From: Dickeya solani IPO 2222
Lineage (GTDB): Bacteria > Pseudomonadota > Gammaproteobacteria > Enterobacterales > Enterobacteriaceae
DNA: 32,000 nucleotides
Assembly (NCBI RefSeq): GCF_001644705.1
Contig: NZ_CP015137.1
Coordinates: 4,887,834 to 4,919,833 of the forward strand
Reading direction: 5' to 3'
Positions 18,055 through 26,139 of the stretch are shown one piece after another. The position numbers and the translations under genes are program-made. Each line of letters starts with the position of its first letter. Position 1 is the first letter of the stretch. The notes under the pieces are model-generated. The model ran no database searches. It saw only the letters and a list, made by a program, of their open reading frames with translations, and was not told where the DNA came from.

Positions 18055-20046
18055 CTAGAATCTCATCCATTCCCCTTCAGCGGGAGGATGGCGTGCGGAG
18101 TCAGTCGGTTTGTCGCCCACGCCTTTTCTGAACGTCGGTTTCTTGCCGTGATGACCCGGTTTACCCAGCAACAACGCCGGGCTGACGGACGTTCCCCCCG
18201 ACGCGTGAGCATCGTCGCCTAAATGAAACGCCGATACCGCCTGCGCCAGTATCCGCGACTGTTCCTCAAGCGAATTGGCCGCCGATGACGACTCTTCCAC
18301 CAGCGCCGCGTTTTGCTGGGTCGTGGTGTCCAACTCCGACACCGCCTGAGCAATCTGGGATATTCCCCGGCTTTGCTCATCCGAAGCCGAGGCGATTTCC
18401 CCCATGATGTCAAATACATGGGCTACCGAGCTGACAATATCCTGCATGGTTTTTCCCGCCTCCCCCACCAGCGCTGAACCGGTATCGACCCGTGACACCG
18501 ACTCATGAATCAACCCTTCGATTTCCCGTGCGGCCTGGGCGCTGCGCTGCGCCAGATTGCGCACCTCGCTGGCGACTACCGCGAATCCACGGCCTTGTTC
18601 GCCGGCTCTCGCCGCTTCAACCGCCGCATTCAGCGCCAAGATATTGGTCTGAAAAGCGATACTGTTGATAACCGTCGTAATATCAGAAATGCGTTTGGAA
18701 CTGCTGGAAATGTCGTCCATGGTCTTCACCACGTTATTGACGATTTCACCGCCCTTGACCGCATTCTGCGACGCTTCCGACGCCAGTTGCGACGCATGGT
18801 GGGCGTTTTCGGAGTTCTGTTTCACCGTCGAGGTCAACTGCTCCATGCTGGCGGCCGTTTCCACCACCGCCGCCGATTGCTGTTCGGTACGGGACGAGAG
18901 GTCGGTATTACCCGCCGCGATTTCCGCCGATGCGGACTCGACATGGCTCACCCCTTCGCGGATATCCCGGATCATGGTGCGCAGCTTGTCATTCATGTTG
19001 CCCATCGCGGTGAGCAACTGCCCCAGCTCGTCGCGACGCGTCGTACTGACCACAGATGAAAGATCGCCACTGGCAATCCGCTCCGCCACCGACAGGCTTA
19101 GTTTTAGCGGGACAATCAATTGCACCGAAATACGCCACGCCATGATGATACCCAGCAGGATCACGGACAGACCGGTCGCCACCATGTTGAATTCCGATGA
19201 CTGGGTAGTTTGATTGGAATTAGCCAGTTGTTGATTGAACAGACTGCCGACATCCGTATTCAGTTTTTCCGCCGCCTCGGTCATTGCCTGACTGGCGCGG
19301 GTTTCATCCTTAAAGGCGGCCAGATAGGCCGGCGCAGAACGGCGGTAGCCTGCGAAATAATCCCAGGCGGTATTCAGCCATGCCTGCTGTTCCGCCGACA
19401 ACCGCCCGGCTTTTTCCCTGATGGCGGCTTCGGTAGCATCAATGTTTTTAAGGGTCACGCCCAGCGTATTATCCGAGGGTCCCAGCAGCAGATCATGCGC
19501 TACGTCGCGAATATCCGCCATGTTCTCGCCCAATTGATACAACAGCACCTGAATATCCGACGACACGCCCGCGACCTGCTGCCATTTATTATGGAACGCT
19601 TCCAGCGCGCTGCCGCTTTCATCCTGACCAATAGCCAAACCGGCAGCATCCCGCTTTTTACTGGCGGCGATGAATGCCTCCCGCGTGACCCGATACGATT
19701 TCAGGTCCTCCTCAATTTGGTTCACATCGTTAATCGCCTCCTTATCCCAATGTAGCGTCTTAGCCTGCCTGAGAATGTCGTCCATCTTATTAATCAGCTC
19801 GCCGTTTTTATCGATCAAGCGGTAATCATGCGTGAGCTGAAATTGCGTGCGCAGGAGACGGGCCTGCGCCAATGTGGCGTTGAGTTGATTGCTCGCCAGC
19901 GCCTTATCGTTATTATCCGCCACACTGCGGAATCCAATAACCCCGGAAATCAACACCACCAACGACAATAACAAAACCGAACCAAAACCTAATGACAGTT
20001 TGGTTCCCAGTTTAAGGTTTTCGTATTTTCCACCCAGAATATTCAT
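18055..20046 (-). CDS. Methyl-accepting chemotaxis protein with a large periplasmic sensor and a C-terminal xWxxF pentapeptide
   Basis: Start chosen at M9 ([14 protein letters not shown]). The order is TM1, a periplasmic region of roughly 250-270 aa, TM2, HAMP and the conserved signalling hairpin ([32 protein letters not shown]). A long flexible tail ends in EWMRF. Confidence 0.9.
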   Translation of the reverse strand: MNILGGKYENLKLGTKLSLGFGSVLLLSLVVLISGVIGFRSVADNNDKALASNQLNATLAQARLLRTQFQLTHDYRLIDKNGELINKMDDILRQAKTLHWDKEAINDVNQIEEDLKSYRVTREAFIAASKKRDAAGLAIGQDESGSALEAFHNKWQQVAGVSSDIQVLLYQLGENMADIRDVAHDLLLGPSDNTLGVTLKNIDATEAAIREKAGRLSAEQQAWLNTAWDYFAGYRRSAPAYLAAFKDETRASQAMTEAAEKLNTDVGSLFNQQLANSNQTTQSSEFNMVATGLSVILLGIIMAWRISVQLIVPLKLSLSVAERIASGDLSSVVSTTRRDELGQLLTAMGNMNDKLRTMIRDIREGVSHVESASAEIAAGNTDLSSRTEQQSAAVVETAASMEQLTSTVKQNSENAHHASQLASEASQNAVKGGEIVNNVVKTMDDISSSSKRISDITTVINSIAFQTNILALNAAVEAARAGEQGRGFAVVASEVRNLAQRSAQAAREIEGLIHESVSRVDTGSALVGEAGKTMQDIVSSVAHVFDIMGEIASASDEQSRGISQIAQAVSELDTTTQQNAALVEESSSAANSLEEQSRILAQAVSAFHLGDDAHASGGTSVSPALLLGKPGHHGKKPTFRKGVGDKPTDSARHPPAEGEWMRF

Positions 20047-20550
20047 AGAATCACCATTTATGGCTCTCATAGAGTGAACGTCATTCCATGTATATCAATG
20101 ACATATCATGATAAATTACATATCGCTATTTAATAATTGCAAAGGTAATCAACATCCTTTTTTTATTGCTATCCTGCCGCCAAAAACCTATCGATGCGTT
20201 AAAAAAATCTATTGATGCGTATAAAACTCAATTCAGCAAAAAGTAGAAATAATGAATATCCGGATGCTTGATACCGTCTCGCACGATTAAAAGAACAAAT
20301 AAATCATGTGATTATGAATCAATTGAAACACCATTAAGAATGGTGAGAGAAAAACGATTTACGCTGATTATCAGGATTTTAGTTAACCGTTTTAATCCCT
20401 CATAATCTATATATCATCCTTCCAATAATAGAAAGATATATAATGCAAGGGTATAAGAACCCCCGCTGATCTATCATGACTGGATATTTCGATGAAAATA
20501 AATAGGTCGTTATCAATGACGGGAAGACAGAATAAACATCGGGATAATAT

Positions 20551-20635
20551 GCCGTTGCGAGCAGCCTTAATCGCAACGGCTACGCTTTACCTGCGGATGG
20601 GAACACCCGGCGCAGCCTGCGCGCACCGGGTGTTC
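20551..20635 (-). terminator. Two GC-rich hairpins immediately 3' of the cI-like gene
   Basis: GAACACCCGG...CCGGGTGTTC (20601-20635) and GCCGTTGCG...CGCAACGGC (20551-20580). On the minus strand the second hairpin is followed by a T-rich stretch. Confidence 0.45.
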
Positions 20636-20640
20636 GGATA

Positions 20641-21510
20641 TCAGAAGCTGGGGGTTAGCGTCAGCACCACCACACCGCGCGGCGTGACCTCATCCACCCC
20701 ACACTGGAATTGCGAACCGCCGCCTTCGACCTGCATTTTACGCCCCGGCAACAGCGCCACATCGTAGATATCGCTCTTGCCGTCGATATCCAGCAACCAG
20801 CGACCATTGCTGATACTGGTAATGCCGGTATCCACCAGCCAGGAAGACGAACTCCCTTCAACCAGCAAAGGCGCATGTAATCCCGCAGGGATAAACTGCG
20901 GATCCGCCTTCCACTCCCCCGCATCCTGCAGCTTTCCGGTTTTCAACAGATTACGCGGGATCAGGCATATGCCGCTGTCATCATGACGACTGACGGGCAC
21001 GTCATTCTGCTGCGGCGAACCTTTACCGGTTGCCAGCCACGCCAGCGACACGCCGGTATCCAGCGCGCAGGTGACCACCACATCCCCGGGAAAGAAATCA
21101 CGACGAATCCAGGTGCTGATCGTACCGGGCGCGATGCCCAGCAGATCGCCCAACTCTTTTTGCGTGCTGAAGCCATAGGCATCAAGCATGCGGCGCAGCA
21201 CAGCCTTGCCGCCCGATGACAGAATCTGCTCATAAAGCGCTTTGCCTTTCAGCGGCGATTTATGCGTAAAAACATTCGCATTTGCGAACTCTCCGGTGAC
21301 CAGCCATCCGGCATCTGCTCCGGTATCAAGCGCGCACTTCAAAATAATATTACCCGGCACGTTCCCTCGCTGAACCCAGTTACTGATTGTGTTGGTAGGT
21401 ATCTCAGTGACCTCGCTCAGTTCCTTCTGAGTCTTTACTCCGTAGCTTGACATGATGCGCTCAAGCACGAAGGCCGCAGACACGGCATTACTATTTGTAT
21501 TCAAAAACAC
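20641..21510 (-). CDS. cI: Phage 186-type CI repressor with a tandemly duplicated N-terminal HTH domain
   Basis: 289 aa with a GTG start. Residues ~15-75 and ~104-164 are paralogous. Segment 1 is VLERIMSSYGVKTQKEL...ISNW...CALDTGADAGWLVTG. Segment 2 is VLRRMLDAYGFSTQKEL...ISTW...CALDTGVSLAWLATG. Both resemble the 186 CI N-terminal domain as I recall it, and a ~115 aa C-terminal domain follows. Confidence 0.8.
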   Translation of the reverse strand: MFLNTNSNAVSAAFVLERIMSSYGVKTQKELSEVTEIPTNTISNWVQRGNVPGNIILKCALDTGADAGWLVTGEFANANVFTHKSPLKGKALYEQILSSGGKAVLRRMLDAYGFSTQKELGDLLGIAPGTISTWIRRDFFPGDVVVTCALDTGVSLAWLATGKGSPQQNDVPVSRHDDSGICLIPRNLLKTGKLQDAGEWKADPQFIPAGLHAPLLVEGSSSSWLVDTGITSISNGRWLLDIDGKSDIYDVALLPGRKMQVEGGGSQFQCGVDEVTPRGVVVLTLTPSF

Positions 21511-21520
21511 CTCACGAGTA

Positions 21521-21584
21521 TTTACATATACACGTTACGTGTCTTATAGTGTCTACACAGCACATGTAACACCATAGAACACCC
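21521..21584. promoter_or_regulatory. Lysis/lysogeny switch region: candidate promoters and operator repeats
   Basis: The rightward candidate is TTTACA (21521-26), N18, TATAGT (21545-50). The leftward candidate is GTTACA (complement of 21565-70), N16, TATAAG (complement of 21543-48). The palindrome ACACGT-T-ACGTGT sits at 21530-42. GTGTCT occurs twice (21539, 21549) and AACACC twice (21568, 21578), each pair 10 bp apart. Confidence 0.4.
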
Positions 21585-21607
21585 TGGCCTGGGGGAGATA
21601 TTGCTTT

Positions 21608-22078
21608 ATGTCGGACGAGATTTCAATTCTATCGCGCATTTCTGAGGAAAATCCTACATCAACGAGTCCATCCGTTGAGACAGAAACCGGCTTTTCGGCC
21701 GTCAATCGACGGCCTCATGCTATACCTGACCAAGCGTCGGTTTCTTTCACCGGCTTGCGCAACACGGTCTACGCCGCTGCGCCGGCATCCGAGGTGCGGC
21801 GTGCGGCATGCCACATAAGGAAACAGCATGTCCGGCTTGCCTGTATCACGCCTCAACGCGATTTTGCAAATGCAAAAACGGTCTTCGCCACCGTAACGAC
21901 AACAGCCCGGTTTTCCCACCTCATCGCTGTCTATACGCTACCGGAGCGGCACAGTCGTTCTACCGTTGTGAATGGCGACAATGATTTTAACGCAAAATTC
22001 GGAAAATCGAATTCTGGTTATATTCTGCTCGGGTTTCCGCAGGCTGCCGGCCACGATGGCAAACGAGCGTTATCATGA
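21608..22078 (+). CDS. Hypothetical protein, first ORF of the early rightward operon (occupies the Cox/Apl position but is not recognisably related)
   Basis: 156 aa. GGGGGAG lies upstream of the ATG, and an ATGA overlap couples it to the next ORF. Codon usage is mixed and I recognise no motif. Confidence 0.4.
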   Translation: MSDEISILSRISEENPTSTSPSVETETGFSAVNRRPHAIPDQASVSFTGLRNTVYAAAPASEVRRAACHIRKQHVRLACITPQRDFANAKTVFATVTTTARFSHLIAVYTLPERHSRSTVVNGDNDFNAKFGKSNSGYILLGFPQAAGHDGKRALS

Positions 22079-22605
22079 AGCCCCATTATGCCTTTACCGC
22101 CGACCATCTGCAGACCCTGCCGCCCAATTTGCGGGCGCTGATCGGAAAACACTTCGCGGATTCGCGCTGGGCGCAGACCTGCGTTTTTTACCGGCGGCTC
22201 TCCGAACGCTATCGCCGCACGCTGTGTTTTCATGCTGCACTGCACCATCGCTGGTGCGTCTATCAACTGGAAGAGATGGATGAAATGGCGCGTGAAAGAA
22301 TTGTCAGCGCACTGAATGAACTGCGTAGCGCATTCGGCTTGCCGGAAAAACAGGCGCAGAGCCAGTTGCTGCTCTCGGTTCGGGTCCTCACCCTCAGCGA
22401 GCGCCGCACGCTGTTTTTCCATGCCGGGCTCTCGACCCAGGAATTCGATCAACCCTTGCGACGCATTGACGAGTCGGATTGCCAGTGGGCGAAAGCGCTT
22501 AACCGCGCCCTCGGTGAGCTGCACCACCTGTTTGCCGAGGCGCCCGACATTCTGACCAGTATCAGACCCGAGCACTATTTCAGACCCGAACCCTATTCTC
22601 GTTGA
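22075..22605 (+). CDS. Hypothetical early protein with two internal LSER-R-TL-FHA-L repeats (possible tandem sigma70-r4/LuxR-like HTH)
   Basis: 176 aa. Its position corresponds to P2 B or 186 cII/fil/dhr. The repeats are RRLSERYRRTLCFHAAL and LTLSERRTLFFHAGLSTQEF. Confidence 0.6.
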   Translation: MKPHYAFTADHLQTLPPNLRALIGKHFADSRWAQTCVFYRRLSERYRRTLCFHAALHHRWCVYQLEEMDEMARERIVSALNELRSAFGLPEKQAQSQLLLSVRVLTLSERRTLFFHAGLSTQEFDQPLRRIDESDCQWAKALNRALGELHHLFAEAPDILTSIRPEHYFRPEPYSR

Positions 22606-22721
22606 CCGTTTCGCTGACGACGGATCTCGCCAGAAAAAACGACATCGTTAACTCAACCGCCAGCACACAGGCCGCCGCTCAGGCTGGTCCACATTGTTGC
22701 TGCTTAACATCAGGAAATTGT

Positions 22722-22937
22722 ATGAAAAAAACACAGCCGAACCACAAGGTGCCGTCTCTCGCCAGGCAGCACATCCCAAATGACGTCTGGCGTACAGACT
22801 TCGCCCATCGCTATAGCGAGCATCTGGACCAGTTGGCGCAACACGCCCGACAGGAACAGTTATCCGCTCAGGAACTGGTGGCGTTGCTGCAACAGGAAGC
22901 CGAAAACATCCGACATCAGATTTGGGAGGCGCACTAA
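22722..22937 (+). CDS. Small P2-family early protein, DUF2732-like
   Basis: 71 aa from the ATG at 22722, with AGGAAA upstream. The C-terminal helix (LSAQELVALLQQEAENIRHQIWEAH) resembles DUF2732 proteins of P2-like prophages as I recall them. A TAATG overlap links it to the next gene. Confidence 0.55.
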   Translation: MKKTQPNHKVPSLARQHIPNDVWRTDFAHRYSEHLDQLAQHARQEQLSAQELVALLQQEAENIRHQIWEAH

Positions 22938-23161
22938 TGGCAGACAGTATGGACATTTCCCAGGAGCAGCAAGCCATGCTGCTGGATGCGCAAATCGCCC
23001 ATGCCCGCAAAGCCCCTACGGCTCACGCCGCCCATGTCTGTGAGGACTGTGATGCGCCGATTCCCGAGGCCCGCCGTCAGGCGATCCCTGGCGTGACGTG
23101 CTGCGTGGCATGTCAGGAAATTCGCGAACAGAAGCAACGTCACTACCGTCCGCCGTCCTGA
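22937..23161 (+). CDS. TraR/DksA-family C4 zinc-finger protein (P2 orf82-like)
   Basis: 74 aa from the ATG at 22937, with GGGAGG upstream. It carries CEDC-N17-CVAC. Confidence 0.8.
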   Translation: MADSMDISQEQQAMLLDAQIAHARKAPTAHAAHVCEDCDAPIPEARRQAIPGVTCCVACQEIREQKQRHYRPPS

Positions 23162-23257
23162 GCGAGCTTTCACTGACTAACAAGCCAGGGTCAATCTGCG
23201 GCTATTCCCGCCGGGAATCTGGCAAACACTCATCGGGTAGGTAAACGCTGGTTAGTT

Positions 23258-25384
23258 ATGACGTCCGACAACGCTGAAAAAAACGCCGACAACCGTGGCA
23301 ACCGCTGGGTATACCCGTGGAATGCGCCCCGCCCCGCCATTCTGCCCGAATCCAGCGTATTGTCTTCGGATACCTTGCAGCAGGGTCAGGCGGTACTGTA
23401 TCGGCTGGCGTTGCTGCCGCGTTTTCTGGCCGGTCATTTCCGCCGCCGCTTCGACTATCTGAAGCAGCAGCAGGGGCTGGGCGCCGCGTTCAGCTATCTG
23501 TTATCGGTGGTTCAGCGGCGGCTCTGGCCGCGAATCGACGCCGTCAACGCCCGCTACCGAATGAATACGGCCTTATCTTCCCACTTCATCAGCGAAGCGG
23601 AACAGTATCACCAGTTGCCGGATATGCCGGACAAGGTTCTGCGCGCGTTTGCGAGCCGCATCGCCGCCCACATGAACGATGCCTACCATGCCCACTGCGA
23701 ACGCTATCTGCAGGAATGCCCCGGCGATCATCAGGCGGAGCTATTCAGTGATGAAACACAAGCGCGTATCTACGGTCAGCTAGCCACACTGGCACAAGCC
23801 GTGAACGTGACGCCCGCCCACTGGCATCGCCATCAAAACGGGACACTCACGCTGGAACAGGCATGTGCCGGCATTATGCGGCTGGTCACCCCCCGATGGT
23901 GGGAGCGTCAGTTGAAAATTCAGCGAACCCGCTGGCGTGAGGCATTGTGGATTGCCAGCGGCGAGGTAAGCCGGGCCGCATCTCCCTTTCTCAGCCGCCA
24001 GGCGCTGCAGGATATCCGCTACCGCCGTCTGGCGACGCTGGATTTTCTGAAAAGTCGCGAGCTGGAAAATACCCGTAACGGCGAGCGGGTCGATTTGATC
24101 GATAAAGTCATGGGCAGTATCGCTAATCCGGATATTCGCCGTATGGAACTGATGACCATGTTGGCGGGTATTGAGCGTTACGCTACCGCACACCAGCACA
24201 TCGGTATGCTGGTGACGTTCACTGCCCCCGGCCACTATCATCCCACCCGTACCCGCGGCCATGACCGGGTATTGGTCAACACCGGATGGATGCCGGATTG
24301 CCCTTCGCCCAAAATGACCCAGCATTATCTGGTCAAGTTATGGGGAAAAATCCGCACCGCGCTCAAAGACCGTAAACTGCAAATCTACGGGTTACGAGTC
24401 GTTGAACCCCATCACGACGGCACGCCGCACTGGCACATGATGCTGTATTGCGAACGCGCACAGCGTCAGGCGATCGTCGACATCCTGCGCCGCTATGCCC
24501 AGCCAAATGAAAGCGACCGTGCCGCGGCGCATAACCGCCGGTTTGACTGCAAGCACATCAATAAAGGCGGCGCGGCGGCATACGTCGCCAAATACATCGC
24601 CAAAAATATCGATGGCTATGCGCTGGATGGCGAAGCAGACCACGAAACCGGAAAACCGCTGAAAGACATGGCCGCCTCCGCCTCGGCCTGGGCCTCGATC
24701 TGGCGCATTCCTCAATTCCATTTCATCGGGTTGCCCACGGTTGGCGCGTACCGCGAATGTCGACGCATTCGCAGCCGCTCATTACAGGATGCGCTGGGCG
24801 AACAGGCCGAAACGGTGAGATTCGCCGCGGATCGCGGTGACTTCGCGGCGTATATCGAGGCGCAGGGCGGCGCGAATGTCGCCCGGCAACACCAGTCGGT
24901 TCGTGTCGCCAGAGCCGCCAGCGAACGGCTGAACGCCTACGATGAAACGATTGTGCGTACCGTCGGTATTTTTTCCGCCCAGCGCGGCCGCGAGCGAGTA
25001 TTCACCACCCGACCGGATGAATGGCAAATCGTGGCCAAAAACCATGCCGGCGGCGATGTCGCCGATCGCCATCGTTCTGCTCTGCCTTGGAGTTCTGTCA
25101 ATAACTGTGGGGGCGTGCTTTCACCCGACGCACTCCCTTATCCATTTCGCGATATTCCCCGCGTTCCTTCAGCGCGGCTAACCTATTTTCAGCGAGATCG
25201 ACTGGCGTCGTTGCGCCCCCGCCTCAGTCAGCAAGGTATTGATACCTCACGCTGGGAACGGGAGGCACTGGTGCGCGGCGCCAAAGTGAAGATTGACGGC
25301 CAACTGATTGATGAATTTAAGAATAAAGCTATATCCGCCGTTGATGAAAAGCGCATCATGAGCACACAGGTGCTGCACTTATGA
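23258..25384 (+). CDS. A: P2 gpA-type replication initiation endonuclease (rolling circle, HUH)
   Basis: 708 aa. It has LRVVEPHHDGTPHWHMML (the HUH region) and AAYVAKYIAKNIDGYALDG (catalytic Tyr pair). It appears collinear with P2 gpA along its length, as I recall that sequence. Confidence 0.92.
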   Translation: MTSDNAEKNADNRGNRWVYPWNAPRPAILPESSVLSSDTLQQGQAVLYRLALLPRFLAGHFRRRFDYLKQQQGLGAAFSYLLSVVQRRLWPRIDAVNARYRMNTALSSHFISEAEQYHQLPDMPDKVLRAFASRIAAHMNDAYHAHCERYLQECPGDHQAELFSDETQARIYGQLATLAQAVNVTPAHWHRHQNGTLTLEQACAGIMRLVTPRWWERQLKIQRTRWREALWIASGEVSRAASPFLSRQALQDIRYRRLATLDFLKSRELENTRNGERVDLIDKVMGSIANPDIRRMELMTMLAGIERYATAHQHIGMLVTFTAPGHYHPTRTRGHDRVLVNTGWMPDCPSPKMTQHYLVKLWGKIRTALKDRKLQIYGLRVVEPHHDGTPHWHMMLYCERAQRQAIVDILRRYAQPNESDRAAAHNRRFDCKHINKGGAAAYVAKYIAKNIDGYALDGEADHETGKPLKDMAASASAWASIWRIPQFHFIGLPTVGAYRECRRIRSRSLQDALGEQAETVRFAADRGDFAAYIEAQGGANVARQHQSVRVARAASERLNAYDETIVRTVGIFSAQRGRERVFTTRPDEWQIVAKNHAGGDVADRHRSALPWSSVNNCGGVLSPDALPYPFRDIPRVPSARLTYFQRDRLASLRPRLSQQGIDTSRWEREALVRGAKVKIDGQLIDEFKNKAISAVDEKRIMSTQVLHL

Positions 25385-25385
25385 G

Positions 25386-25428
25386 TTGACGAATACTACT
25401 GAATAAAGTACTGTATATAAATACAGTC
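25386..25428 (+). promoter_or_regulatory. SOS-regulated promoter: TTGACG-N17-TACTGT overlapped by a LexA box
   Basis: TACTGTATATAAATACAGTC at 25409-25428 is an exact CTGT-N8-ACAG and matches the 20-bp E. coli consensus at 18 of 20 positions. The -35 hexamer is at 25386-91 and the -10 hexamer lies inside the box. Confidence 0.8.
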
Positions 25429-25447
25429 TCACAATGGAAGAGGTACC

Positions 25448-25669
25448 GTGGAACAGACTGAAAACCGAGAGCTGACCTTATCAAGGATTCGATTAATTGC
25501 CGATATGTCATTGATATCACAATGTGATCCTGAAGAAATGAAAATCGCCATGTCGTTGATCGCCGACTTATCTCACGGCGAACTCCCGGATAGTGATTAT
25601 CAACAGTTTCTGAAGAACAGCAGTGATGGACAGCAGCTTAAAGCATGGTTCGAACAACAAATGTTGTAA
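25448..25669 (+). CDS. Small acidic protein under the LexA box, a candidate Tum-like antirepressor
   Basis: 73 aa with a GTG start and GGAAGAGG upstream. It starts 20 bp downstream of the LexA box and occupies the same post-A position as 186 tum. I recognise no sequence similarity. Confidence 0.55.
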   Translation: MEQTENRELTLSRIRLIADMSLISQCDPEEMKIAMSLIADLSHGELPDSDYQQFLKNSSDGQQLKAWFEQQML

Positions 25670-25987
25670 GGGATTTCGATGGATAATAATGATCGACGTG
25701 AAATTCCCTGGCCGATCGCCAGAGGCACGTGCAAATTAATGGATTTTCTCTGTGGCTAACACGCCAGACTAATACGCAGCAAAACTTTTTCGTATCCAGA
25801 CCGCTCAATAAAAGGTCTGACCGGCCAAAGCCGGTATATACATTTTGGCATGAATTTTAATTCTGACTCAGTGCAAACCTGTTCGTTGGTCATGTTTTTC
25901 TCTTTAACACAGTGGTACGGAATTAGGGTACGCCCATGTAAAAACATCTGTGAGTAACATGCCCCGGTCTTCCCGGTACCTTTAATA

Positions 25988-26110
25988 CACAATATCCCCT
26001 GCCAGCAAGGATTGGCAGGGGTCACAATAATCTAGGATCACAATAAATAGGTGCCACAATAAGTCGGCGCCATGATAAGTCGTCGGCACAATAAGCAAGG
26101 GGCACCATAA
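25988..26110 (+). repeat. Left iteron array: seven copies of CACAATAA-like octamers
   Basis: Copies start at 25988 (CACAATAT), 26023, 26039, 26055, 26071 (CATGATAA), 26087 and 26103 (CACCATAA). The last six have an exact 16-bp period. A 9-bp-stem hairpin (25996-26021) separates copies 1 and 2. Confidence 0.9.
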
Positions 26111-26139
26111 ATAAACACCCTGACATCATTTTCCACCGG

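Noticed and set aside
20492-20767. 91-aa plus-strand ORF at the left edge of the element
   Set aside because: It overlaps the 3' end of cI in antisense and begins in AT-rich DNA without an RBS.
21972-22283. 103-aa ORF overlapping the junction of the two early ORFs
   Set aside because: It is out of frame with both better-supported ORFs and has no RBS. The translation is Arg/Ala/Pro-rich, as in shadow ORFs.
22018-22575. 185-aa minus-strand ORF opposite the 176-aa early ORF
   Set aside because: The plus-strand frame fits the operon (ATGA coupling, internal repeat motif). The minus frame has no start context and would be transcribed against the early operon.
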